This document shows positions 51,201 through 61,121 of a DNA stretch of 64,000 bases, one piece after another; the first letter of the stretch is position 1; each line of letters begins with the position of its first letter. The notes under the pieces are model-generated. The model was not told the origin of the DNA and did no database searches. It saw nothing but the letters and a program-made list of their open reading frames with translations. Source of the stretch: an uncultured candidate division Zixibacteria bacterium (GTDB lineage: Bacteria; Zixibacteria; MSB-5A5; UBA10806); contig CAWFQL010000017.1 in NCBI GenBank assembly GCA_963817915.1, forward strand, positions 256,001 through 320,000. Reading direction: 5' to 3'. The position numbers were made by a program, and so were the translations under genes.

Positions 51201-51585
51201 GCCATACGAATTCGCGAATGTTCCCTGGGGCATGGCAGGCGGCAATATCTTCAATAATTCTTATCTTTCGACAGTCTATCAAAAAAATATTGCGGCGACC
51301 GATCAGCAGTTGCCGGTGAATTCCGTATTCAATTATCCCAATCCCGCGACCAACAGTACAACCATCCGTTTTTACCTGAACAGCAATTCGAATGTGAAGA
51401 TAGAGATGTTTGATTTGATGGGCGACAGGATTCACGACGCAACCATTGCCGGGCAGGCGCACGCGGATAACGAGTATGTTTGGAATTGCCAAAATGTAGC
51501 TTCAGGAGTATACTATTGTCGTGTTGAAGCCGCGAATAATACGGGAAAAACATCGAGAATGATTAAAATTGCCATCGCCAAGTAG
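48280..51585 (+). CDS. M6 (immune inhibitor A-like) metalloprotease with FG-GAP repeats and T9SS-type CTD
   Basis: VFHAG, HEFGHQLGLVDLY, FSLMD, EYFLIENR, IWHVDE; GDINxDG repeats; NYPNP...SGVYYCRV. The start may be GTG 48298. Confidence 0.85.
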   Translation: MWGSKIVNLSKRTLIIAIGILFLVSAHFSFAQKILKPLSLRSIPRESTVKSDEFRSGVSEKNLLGLERPSLYALPTAKHGMPLTAASIMSDSIRVLVLKVEFQKEIPDDPYTTGDGTFDLRTYDQFVAAEGHYIDPAPHNTSYFNAHMQALHNYWYYVSEKQLQIQWDVYPQPESVSIQLPVPMAYYGSNMNWESIGDRLGNFLIRAITLADSLYPEIDFGRYQAVIVFHAGSDQQNNLSYFPQFDTPYDFYTGFLKLSKPVMVDDSTVAIQEGTILPEFASQDNRITALNGVVAHEFGHQLGLVDLYKTDNFFTQVGDFSLMDNNGMSVGVQFPDIGPTVGGTMPVYPDAWSRAYLGFDIPREITDGNNVPISAAAQNHGSTEIIKVPITEYEYFLIENRQQDADTLDPSNPFADILVGDPATGVILGPGFAYFQGNDTILVSDGEYDRITPGNGAVIWHVDEAVAYQDTLHNGDNNFFNNTLQWDPARRFLSLVEADGVIDFGGYYYRGYGDDNDYFKGPNRVSFTPSTNPSSNSILGCDSHISVTDISNSDTLMYVDINIDWLMAGWPQMGLPNQMSDPIIADLLSNDTSEVLITASNRLLIWKPNGQKFISNGDSVGILRYDSSIAIYPWAIAAECDSTISTRPVIFDYNGDGENDIALTSNSGRLYAFNPRDNNSDGRLDPIVGFPLDLHLNTRLAPITVNFLPGAENELIAFDDSGKVHMVYNVLEDSVVYNFNGIVISAAAYQVAGKNVIDALVSQPGGTSLNRIAADSGTAVFAQEFSPVAFPFYHYVPSIPVSIIAVDIDRDGNLPEILITFSYKIELIKNDGSVAWSIDTDRELYHTAIGDINSDGYPEIVIGAESAIYAFNYTGSLMQNFPIDMNKYKLGGAIISSPILGDIDNNAAPEIIVGLPGGGIYAFDQYSDRVAGFPLPSSFGVSNSAALGDLNNDGEIDLVTEENSGFVKAWNLSAPYEFANVPWGMAGGNIFNNSYLSTVYQKNIAATDQQLPVNSVFNYPNPATNSTTIRFYLNSNSNVKIEMFDLMGDRIHDATIAGQAHADNEYVWNCQNVASGVYYCRVEAANNTGKTSRMIKIAIAK

Positions 51586-51614
51586 ATGTTATATTTAAAA
51601 TATCGGAGGATTAA

Positions 51615-52451
51615 ATGAAGAAAAGCATTCCAATTATAATTATGATAGGTGTCATATTGTGTCTTGCGGCTGAATCCTTTGCGGGTGGAATAACTAAAAC
51701 TACATCTGCTAAAGAACTATTTTTGCAGAATGGATTAACATTGGAAAAGTATTTCAGCCGAAAATTATATTTAGCCAAAAAAGATGATTTAACAAATACT
51801 GATGTTTACGAGTATGGTACCAAATCGCCTATGAAGGCCTTCGGCCTATCGTTGTTGGTGCCGGGTGCTGGTCAATATTATGTGGAGGCATCGAGGATAA
51901 AAACCGGCGTATTTTTGGGCGCCGATATTCTTCTATGGTCCGGATATCTCGTTTATCATCATAAAGGCGCCAACGGGGAAAAGGATTATCGGAGTTTCGC
52001 TGACCAGCATTATCTCTGGCAGACCTATGATCAATGGTGGTGGTCGCTGCCAGAGCCTACAAGAAACCACTATTCCCATTCTTTGCCGTGGGATCAAACT
52101 TTGAATCAGCCGATTAGAAATCGAGAGTATTATGAAAATATCGGGAAGTATGATCAGTTCCAGGTCGGCTGGGATGATGTTGGATTAAACAATCCTCCCG
52201 ATTCGACAAATAGCGTTACTTATGGCAATAGATTGCTTTATCTTAATATGCGCAAGAAGGCCAACGATTATTTTTCAAATGCCACGACCATGGCCATGAT
52301 TTCTATTGCCAACCATATTATCTCGGCATTTGATGCCGCAATTGGCGCCAAGAAATTCAACAGAGGCGGCAAGCAATATTCAATGGCTCTAAAAGCCAAG
52401 AGATATAACGGCAAAACAATACCATATCTTTCATTGGCGATGAAGTTTTAG
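51615..52451 (+). CDS. Hypothetical membrane/secreted protein (DUF5683-like SxLxPGxGQxY motif), paralog 1
   Basis: Signal peptide; KSPMKAFGLSLLVPGAGQYY; ANHIISAFDA; C-terminal Phe. Confidence 0.65.
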   Translation: MKKSIPIIIMIGVILCLAAESFAGGITKTTSAKELFLQNGLTLEKYFSRKLYLAKKDDLTNTDVYEYGTKSPMKAFGLSLLVPGAGQYYVEASRIKTGVFLGADILLWSGYLVYHHKGANGEKDYRSFADQHYLWQTYDQWWWSLPEPTRNHYSHSLPWDQTLNQPIRNREYYENIGKYDQFQVGWDDVGLNNPPDSTNSVTYGNRLLYLNMRKKANDYFSNATTMAMISIANHIISAFDAAIGAKKFNRGGKQYSMALKAKRYNGKTIPYLSLAMKF

Positions 52452-53207
52452 GTGGGAGAAATGGCCAGGATAGTATCAATCATTCTCATATTGACGATAT
52501 CGCTATCAGGCAGCGGTTTCGCTCAGACTATTTCTCAGAAGGTAATGTCATCGATACAAAAGCCGAACGACGATGATGGTCTTAATGAGCCAACTTACGC
52601 CCCTGATAAAGCAAATGCCGATAAGTCTAAATATAAGGCGTTGGGCCTTTCGATTTTATTACCAGGCGCGGGACAATATTATGTTGGCAGCAAAAAGAAG
52701 ATGGTGATATTTGCCTCGGCGGAAGCCCTGATATGGTCCGGTTTTTTTGGATTCAGGATGTACGGATCATGGAAAAAGGAAGACTACAAAGCCTGGGCTG
52801 CATTTCACGCTGGCGCCGATATTAACGGCAAATCTGATCGTTTCTTCGAAAAAATGACATACTATGATAATGTTAATGAATTTAATCAGCTTGAGCTTCT
52901 TTACGAAGGTACCAACGCCCAGCCATTTCCATCCAATTCATCATATTACTGGAATTGGGATTTCAAATCTTCGAAAGATCATTATCGAAACCTGCGGAAT
53001 CTCAGCAAGACGGCATATCGTCGATCGCTATTATTTATAGGGGCGGCAATTGCCAATAGAATTCTTTCCGGAATCGATGCTTATAGAGCGGCGAATGCCT
53101 ATAATAGCGGCAAAGAATTCAGTGAAAAAGGGTGGCAGATATACAGCTCATCCGATAGCCCATTGGGGGCTGGTGGATTTGAAATTGGTCTTGCCCTCAA
53201 GTTTTAA
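52452..53207 (+). CDS. Hypothetical membrane/secreted protein (DUF5683-like), paralog 2
   Basis: KALGLSILLPGAGQYY; ANRILSGIDA; ends in LALKF like paralog 1 (LAMKF). Confidence 0.65.
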   Translation: MGEMARIVSIILILTISLSGSGFAQTISQKVMSSIQKPNDDDGLNEPTYAPDKANADKSKYKALGLSILLPGAGQYYVGSKKKMVIFASAEALIWSGFFGFRMYGSWKKEDYKAWAAFHAGADINGKSDRFFEKMTYYDNVNEFNQLELLYEGTNAQPFPSNSSYYWNWDFKSSKDHYRNLRNLSKTAYRRSLLFIGAAIANRILSGIDAYRAANAYNSGKEFSEKGWQIYSSSDSPLGAGGFEIGLALKF

Positions 53208-54153
53208 ATTGACTGCGGCTTTTTTCTGCCTTTTATGGCTGAATTGCGCGTCGACCAGCAAAGCGCCTGCGCAATTAGAAAATACAATCTCAGGCCCTAT
53301 AATAAATCTCCGCCTCGCAAATTCCATAGGCCCCTTTATCGATGAAAATAACTCATTTACTGAGCCCGCGGGAATAACATTCAACGCTTTAGGCGAAATT
53401 TATGTCTCAGACAGGCTGAGCAATTCGATATATAAATTCTCACCTGAACTAAGGCTGTTGGCTCGGGAGGGCGGTGTTGGAATGTCTTCCGGCGGTTTCA
53501 ATAAACCATTGGGGATCGCCTGCGATGCGGCACTAAATCTCTATGTCGCCGATAATGGCAATCGGCAAATTCAGATTCTCGACCGCGATCTTCATTTTGT
53601 TAATACTATAAGTTCTTACTATAATGACAAAGGCGAGTCTATCAATTTCGATTTACCATCGGATATTTCAATAGACAGGGAAGGCAATCTCTGGATCGCC
53701 GACAACGACAAGATATTAGAAATAAACCCATTCTATAATTTGACGCTCGAAATATCAAATAGAGTGCCCGGTGGAGTATTTATTGGAAAGTCATCATCGG
53801 CTGAAGTATCCTCTCAAAATATGGTTGCTGTAGGCGACCCGGATAACGGCGATGTTCTGTTGTTATCAATATACGGCAATCTCACGAAGAGGATTGCAGC
53901 CGGTAATGCTTATGCGGTTGCCTGGGACAATTATGGAGAAATTTGGGTAGCTGACCCTGAATCCAATCGAATCTCGGCTTATGATAAAAATGGAAGGGTC
54001 TTATTTATTTTTTCTGATACTGAGCGAGGATCCAGTCCGGCTTGGATTGCATTTGATTCTAACGGCAGATTGGGGGTAGCTGATAAGGGGCTTCGCAAAA
54101 TACGTATTTACGATATTATCCGCGGTACAAAGCAGCCTGACCTCCCCAAATAG
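53179..54153 (+). CDS. NHL-repeat beta-propeller lipoprotein
   Basis: Likely TTG start with LLWLNC lipobox; FTEPAGI, FNKPLGIA...LYVADNGNRQIQ, PSDISID repeats. Confidence 0.75.
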   Translation: MKLVLPSSFKLTAAFFCLLWLNCASTSKAPAQLENTISGPIINLRLANSIGPFIDENNSFTEPAGITFNALGEIYVSDRLSNSIYKFSPELRLLAREGGVGMSSGGFNKPLGIACDAALNLYVADNGNRQIQILDRDLHFVNTISSYYNDKGESINFDLPSDISIDREGNLWIADNDKILEINPFYNLTLEISNRVPGGVFIGKSSSAEVSSQNMVAVGDPDNGDVLLLSIYGNLTKRIAAGNAYAVAWDNYGEIWVADPESNRISAYDKNGRVLFIFSDTERGSSPAWIAFDSNGRLGVADKGLRKIRIYDIIRGTKQPDLPK

Positions 54154-54159
54154 CTTTTA

Positions 54160-57100
54160 ATGAATAAATGGCCAGTCATATTATTTTCAATTCTACTTTC
54201 ATCTAACATCTTCGCCCAAATTCCGGATACAAGCGTCATAATCCATGGCAAGGGTTCACGAGGCCCATATCAGATCGGTTTCAAGAACCTTATAAGTGGC
54301 TCCTCGAAGATAATAAGGGATAATATCGAGCTCTCTCCCGATAGCTTTTCAGTTATATATGAGGATGGCCTGATAAATCTTTCCAGACCATTAAATATCG
54401 AAGATTCTATAATCGTATTTTTCAAATATTTGCCTCTTAATCTTGAATCGACCTACTATCTCCATCGCCCCGTCGAAGCAGGTGAAGCTCCCTCAGAAAA
54501 TTATCAATCCGAAGTTAAAACCAGCGCGAGTGCAGGTAATGATCTCTCAATCGTGGGAAGCAAAGGTTTTTCGATTGAAACCGGCGGAGGAAACGGGCTT
54601 TCACAATCGTTGAATTTGACAATCAAAGGAAATCTACTGCCGGGCTTAAAGACGTCGGCGCACATATCTGATAAATCTCAAGGCAATTCTTCCGTCACTC
54701 GAAAATTAAATGAATTGGATAGAATTTATATCGAAGCAGAGTCGGATCACTTTAAGGGAATATTCGGCGATTTTGATTATATCCATTCCGGTTCCAATTT
54801 CATGAATTTCCAACGAAAATTATCCGGGTTGAATATGAAATATTCCAAAGCGAATACCAATCTCGGCGCGGCCGCCGCATTTTTCCCTGGAGACTATTCT
54901 TCAATCGCAATCAATGGTCGCGATGGCCGTCTCGGCCCATACTATCTAACCGATATTGGAGGGCGTCAGGGGGCGCAGGTCTTGCCTGGCTCGGAACGAG
55001 TATATCTTGATGGCGTTCTTCAAAAGCGAGGTAATGAAAACGACTATGAGATTGATTATGAGGCCGGCAGCATTCAATTTGCGCCTTCAAAGGTGCTGCG
55101 GAATGAGAGCCGGATTGTCGTAGATTATGAAATTGCCCGCGAAGAATATAATCGTTCATTCTACACAATCTCCGGCGGATCGTCGCCTATCGGAAGCTTA
55201 AAAATCACTGCAGATCTGGTTCAGGAGGGTGATAATAAAAATTCGCCAAAGAGCTTTGAGATGACGTCTGATAATCTTCAGATTTTGCAAGATGCCGGGG
55301 CAGAAAGGCTGAATGCCGCAAGAAGCGGTGTGCAATTTGTAGGGACGGGATTAGGAAATTACACTCTTGCCACCGATACCCTGGGCAATCCTTTTTACAT
55401 TTATGCCGGCCCTAATCGAGGCGATTATAATGTCAGTTTTTCGTTTATAAGTACGAATGGAGGTTCATATAAATTTCTCGGCACCGGTATTTATCAATAT
55501 GGTGGCAAACTTGCGGGCGACTACGAGCCGATTATTCTTATTCCTCTTCCACAAACAAAGCGGTATGCCTCGGTTGGTTCGTCATGGTCATCGGCCGACA
55601 GCAATTTAACAATCGAAGCCGAACTTGCGGGCTCAATGTTCGATAGAAACAGCTTGTCGGATAAGGATGCCTTGAATAAGGGTGTTTCGTCATTCGTAGC
55701 GGCGAATTATCGGAAAAAGCTTTACTCCGATGATGGTTCGCTTATGGTAAACGCCAAGGCAAGAAATATTGGCGGAAGTTCGATTTTCCCCGGGAGAATA
55801 GACGATGTCGAGCGATATCGAATTTATGATATCGATCCAAATTCATCCGCGAATGGCGAGAAAGTTCAGGAAATTGGAATCGTAAATTCATTTAATCGCA
55901 CAAACAAAATCCAATATCTTATAGGTCATTTAAGCCGCCCATTGATCAGCGACAGGGTTCATCATTTGGGAGAGGCAAATTGGAATCTGTTCGATATGCT
56001 CGATCTTTATGGGCGAATAGAAAAAACTTCAGGCAGCAGGGATTGGTGGAAGCGTGGTGGCGCAATGACAGCCAACTTCGCCCGCCTTCAGCCTTCATTT
56101 CGAATAGATTATGAAAGACAAAATGGAGCCGGCGGTTTTAAATTCAATGAATTGACAGGGATAATTCCGGCCACGTATCTGCAATCAGTAACGGGCAGCA
56201 CTGAAATCGTTTACAGAATAGAGCAAGCATTAGATAATCAAATCAATATCTGGAAGCCGAAATTCAAGTCGGGCTCATTCAGCCAGCAGATAAGTTTTTT
56301 GCCGGGGAAGGCGGGATTTTCAGGCGACTTATCCGGAGTATATTACAAAAAACACTATTCCGATTTTTCCGGGAGTAATGTCGAACAAAAAACAGGCTGG
56401 GGCAGGCTATCATTCAGCGACCCTCAAAGCAGGGGGAGTTTCAGCGTCAATGAACGATTGAGCTCATCCAACGAACGACTGCAAGCGCAAAACTATATCT
56501 TATGTGGGACAGGGCAAAGGGGAATATCGCTTTGAAGACGGTGAATATATTAAGGATCAGCAAGGAGACTATGTTCTCATTATAGAAGAATTAGGCGAAG
56601 GCTCGAAAATCAGCGATATTTCTACCGAGCTTAACGCGTCGATCGCGCCATTTTTGCTGGCGGGAGCTGGACAATCCTCCCGGAGCTCGATAGGAAAATT
56701 AAATATAGAAACCGATCTTTCTTACAGGCAGAAAAAATCATCCGATATCCTTGAGTGGCGCGATTTCTATCCATGGAGAACAACCACTCTCCAAAATATT
56801 GTCTATCGAAATGGTCAGCTGAATTTTAGAATATATTATTACCCGCCTTTTGAAAGACAACGATTCAAATACTCCGGTTCAAGATCATTTGAGGCCGGAA
56901 GTCCTTTTGCCAATGAAACTACAAACGGCAATTCTCGATCGGACGAAATTTCATGGGCATTTCCGGCGAGCGCGAAGATCGATATTATTGTCAATGGATC
57001 ATTGTCATCAAGACAAAATTCTACGAATCTTTCCGTCTATTCCATTGATAGCCGGCTGGTTTCCATGTCTGCTGATTATCGTTTCGCAGATGGCTGGACT

Positions 57101-57442
57101 GTAAATTTAAAACCTTCATACGAAACGGCCAAGCAAAAGACTACCTCCGTTAAGTCGCAAATACCATCGATGGGATTGGGATTGGTTTGGAATCTAAAGA
57201 ATCGGGGACAGGTATCCACGGTCCTCGAATATTCCCAAATTACTTCATCTCCCAAGGGCTCATATATCCCATTTCAACTGGCTCAGGGCAAAAACGAAGG
57301 TAATAATTATCTGGCAACCGTCTCGGCCAGAATGGAAATCACCAAAAACGGGCGACTTGATTTCAGCTACAGATACGAGAATTTTCCCAAAAGGCCGCTT
57401 CGCCAAATTATGCGGCTGGAGTTTACGGCGTTATTCAGATGA
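54160..57442 (+). CDS. Large outer-membrane beta-barrel protein (about 1090 aa); apparent frameshift near 56500
   Basis: Signal peptide; GPYYL...VLPGSERVYLDG...DYEIDYEAGSIQF; alternating beta pattern. YVGQGKGEY continues in ORF 56504-57442, ending LEFTALFR. Confidence 0.7.
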
Positions 57443-59104
57443 AAAGATCTTCTCACAATTATTTCGGCTATCTATTTTCTAACGTCTATTAGTATGGCCA
57501 AATCGGGATTTGAGATTGCGGGCAATAAGCTATATTCGAAAACCGAACTTGCCAGACTGTTAAATTACTCCGTGGGGAACGATTCGATTTTAGCTCAATT
57601 AAGATCGCTTTATGGTCAAGCAGGATATTTCTCGGCTGATTTTAGGTGGCAGAGCGAAAACAATGGAATCAAAACCCTGCATTTTTCCGAAGGAAGCCCG
57701 ACATTGATCGGGAATTTGGATGTGCGATTAATACCAGAGAACAGCGAAATCAATTTTGAGGATATAATCAGGCAAGTGACTGGTGAAATTGCCTCGAAGA
57801 ACTTCTTGAATTCCTTTTCCGCGGAATGCATCTCCCGCCTCGCTGATATCGGGATGCCATTTGCTCAAGGCACCTGGAGAGATTTTTCATTCGATGAATC
57901 CGGGCGACTTTCGGCTGTATTTGAAATACTGCCCGGGCCGGTGATTTTTATATCGGGCTTCGAGTTTGATGGTATTTCGAGAACTCGCCATCCGACCTTG
58001 GAAAGAGCTGCTGATATTAAAATAGGACAGCGATATTCCGAATCTATTGTGGTTCGATCGCAGGATGAATTGGATAAAATGCCGTTTATTGAAATTTCGT
58101 CACCGTTTATTCTGCAGCAGTCATCTGCCGGTGATTCTTGTAAGATCATATATCATCTGAAAGAACTCCCATCGACGAAATTTGACTTTTCATTGGGATT
58201 TCTAAATCAAGATAGAAAGGCGCAGGTGGCTGGCAGATTATTGCTCGATTTCGGCGATATTATGGGGTCGGGCAAAAGCGCGGGGCTTTTCTGGGAGAAA
58301 AAGGATAAATTTTCGAGCCAATTAAGAATCAGATATCATGACCCATTTGTATTGGGCACCAGATTCGGCTTAAGCCTCGAAGCATTTCAAAATGATCATG
58401 ATAGCCTTTTTCTTGAAACAGGTGGATCTGCAGGTATTGGCCATAATTTCTCAGGCGGGCTCTACGCCGAGGCTCAATTAACAGTTCAAAGGACAGAACC
58501 CGAACCAGGGAGCATAGTTTCGTCGTCAAGCAGTAATAAAATAACGGCCGTATTTGGATATTCGAATTTGGATTTTAAGGATAATCCATCGGCGGGGTAT
58601 GAAGCATTGACATCACTGAGCAATAAATACCGATCGAATGGCAGGGTAGTTTTAGGCAATCCGGCTACCCATTTAACTTCGGTCGAACTTAAGGGAAACT
58701 ATTACTTGAGAATTATTGGTCGACTGGTACTCGAGTTGGGGCTAAACGGCTGGGGAATCGTGAATAATGACGGTGATATTTCAGCGGATGAGCTTCGTTA
58801 TATAGGCGGCTCCGATGATTTACGAGGATATTCATTCCAACGTTTTCCCGCGTACCGATATTTTATTACCACATTCGAATCCAGATTATTATCGGGTCGT
58901 GCCGGAAGAGCCTATATCTTTATGGATATTGCCACCATAAAATCCTCGCCGAATTCTGGCTCGAGATATAAAATATATCCCGGATATGGAATAGGAATCG
59001 CGGCCCCAACCACATTGGGACAGGTCAAGGTGGAAGTAGGTTGGGGGAAAAGCGGATTCCCGAAAGAGGCGATAGTGAATTTCGGATTGGCCGGAGGATT
59101 TTGA
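57439..59104 (+). CDS. BamA/TamA (Omp85) family protein; signal peptide split by an apparent indel near 57445
   Basis: POTRA-like IAGNK and FDGISRT; YIGGSDDLRGY; GYGIG; C-terminal GF. The ATG overlaps the upstream stop. Confidence 0.8.
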
Positions 59105-59946
59105 TGAATCGAATCTGGGGAGCTATTCTGATTTCCCGTCCGCTAAATTGCCTGATTACATTTCCTGGCAGTATGGTCGGGAGCGATAATAGCAAATAAT
59201 ATTTATTTTTCATGGAAGATTGTCTTTGCCGCAATTTCGGCATCATTGATAGCCGCGTTCGGGAATATCATTAATGATATTTGGGATATTGCTGTTGATA
59301 AGATAAATAAACCCTATAGACCATTGGTTAAGGGTTCACTGAGTGTTAGGATTGCCAAAATTCTTGCTATCATATTTGCGCTTTTGGGAGTAATACTGTC
59401 GTTAAAAATTAGCGTGACAGCGACAATTCTTGCTTCCGCCGTGACAGTATCACTCCTCGTGTACACACCAATTTTCAAGAGGATTCCATTTTTGGGCAAT
59501 ATATTGATAGCATTCATCTCGTCATTGGCGTTTGTATATGGCGGAATAGCTGTGGGCAAGCCCTTCGGTGCAATTATTATTGCAACTTTCTCATTTCTAC
59601 ATCATTTTGGACGCGAAATCGTAAAGGATATTCAAGATAGGGCGGCCGATGATGCAGTAGGTATTAGAACCGGGGCAACCGGATCTAATATCGTAATTGC
59701 CAGAAGCTGGCGCAGATCGTTTTCGCGGTTTTAATTATCGCTACATTTATACCTTATGCCACGAGTATCTATAATTTTGGATATCTGATTTTAGTGCTTA
59801 TAGGTGTAGATTCAATTTTGGTATTTGCTATTTATATTATTTCCTCGACTGCCGATGAAGTTGCTATGCGAAATTTATCCGGATGGCTCAAGGCGGCCAT
59901 GCCTTTCGGGATATTGGCTGTGTATATCGGCAGCCGCGGATATTAA
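59104..59946 (+). CDS. UbiA-family prenyltransferase, DGGGP synthase-like; apparent frameshifts near 59161 and 59705
   Basis: SRPLNCL, GNIINDIWDIAVDKINKPYRPLVKG, REIVKDIQD..AD; TM segments continue across three frames to TAA 59944-59946. Confidence 0.8.
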
Positions 59947-60006
59947 AAATACCGGATTTGTTCGGCATTTCCGTCACGAATGATATTTCGATAATACCAC
60001 GAGCCC

Positions 60007-60035
60007 TTGACATACAGTTTCGATCGATATATTTT
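60007..60035 (+). promoter_or_regulatory. Putative sigma70 promoter for the moxR-bat operon
   Basis: TTGACA-17 nt-TATTTT. Confidence 0.5.
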
Positions 60036-60133
60036 GTAAAATTCGCCAAATTTGTGTTCGATTGAAGGCGGAGTTGGGGGGAACAAAGGTTGTCTTTTGA
60101 GTGTATAATCGACCTGAAATAGGAGGCTTAATA

Positions 60134-61120
60134 ATGGATCAACAGATTACCGAAATTCAGGAATTTATCAAGCAAAAATCATTATTTATTAACCGTCTGA
60201 CTACAGAAATATCCCAGGTCATTGTAGGTCAAAAATACTTAATCGATAGGTTAATAATTGGCCTTTTAGCAGACGGTCATATCTTGATCGAGGGCGTGCC
60301 CGGGCTGGCAAAAACATTATCAGTCAAGACCCTGTCCGATGCCATCCAAACCGGATTTCAGAGGATTCAATTTACACCTGACCTGCTCCCCGGCGATCTT
60401 GTAGGTACGCTCATATATTCCGCCAAAGATGGGAAGTTTTCGGTGCGCAAAGGACCGATATTCTCAAATTTAATATTGGCTGATGAAATCAACCGGGCAC
60501 CCGCAAAAGTGCAATCGGCGTTGCTCGAATCGATGCAAGAACGTCAGGTGACAATCGGCGACGAGACATTCAAACTACCCGAACTCTTTTTGGTGTTGGC
60601 GACTCAAAACCCGATAGAGCAGGAAGGTACTTATCCGCTTCCGGAAGCCCAGGTCGACCGGTTTATGCTAAAACTGAAAGTGACCTACCCGACTCCGGAC
60701 GAGGAGTTTTTGATTCAGGAAAGAATGACATCCGGCAGCAAATTTACCGTGAATAAAATAACTTCGCCGGGCGAAATTCTCGAGGCACGCAAGGCCATGC
60801 TGCAGATATATATCGACGACAAGGTCAAAAAATATATAGTCGATATTGTATGCGCAAGCCGCGAACCCAAAAAGTACGGGCTCGATTTCGAGGATTTAAT
60901 CAGCTACGGCGCATCGCCGCGAGCGACGATATATCTGAATTTGGCCGCCAAAGCTCACGCATTTATGCGAGGCCGCGCTTATGTTACTCCGGACGATGTT
61001 AAGATTATAGGCCATGATGTGCTCCGTCATCGAATAATTCTATCCTACGAGGCCGAAGCTGAGGAACTAACCTCGGATGACATTATCACTAAGATTTTCA
61101 ATGGGGTAGAGGTACCGTAG
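60134..61120 (+). CDS. moxR: MoxR family AAA+ ATPase
   Basis: AGGAGG SD; EGVPGLAKT, RIQFTPDLLP, LADEINRAPAKVQSALLE, ATQNPIEQEGTYPLPEAQ. Confidence 0.93.
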   Translation: MDQQITEIQEFIKQKSLFINRLTTEISQVIVGQKYLIDRLIIGLLADGHILIEGVPGLAKTLSVKTLSDAIQTGFQRIQFTPDLLPGDLVGTLIYSAKDGKFSVRKGPIFSNLILADEINRAPAKVQSALLESMQERQVTIGDETFKLPELFLVLATQNPIEQEGTYPLPEAQVDRFMLKLKVTYPTPDEEFLIQERMTSGSKFTVNKITSPGEILEARKAMLQIYIDDKVKKYIVDIVCASREPKKYGLDFEDLISYGASPRATIYLNLAAKAHAFMRGRAYVTPDDVKIIGHDVLRHRIILSYEAEAEELTSDDIITKIFNGVEVP

Positions 61121-61121
61121 A

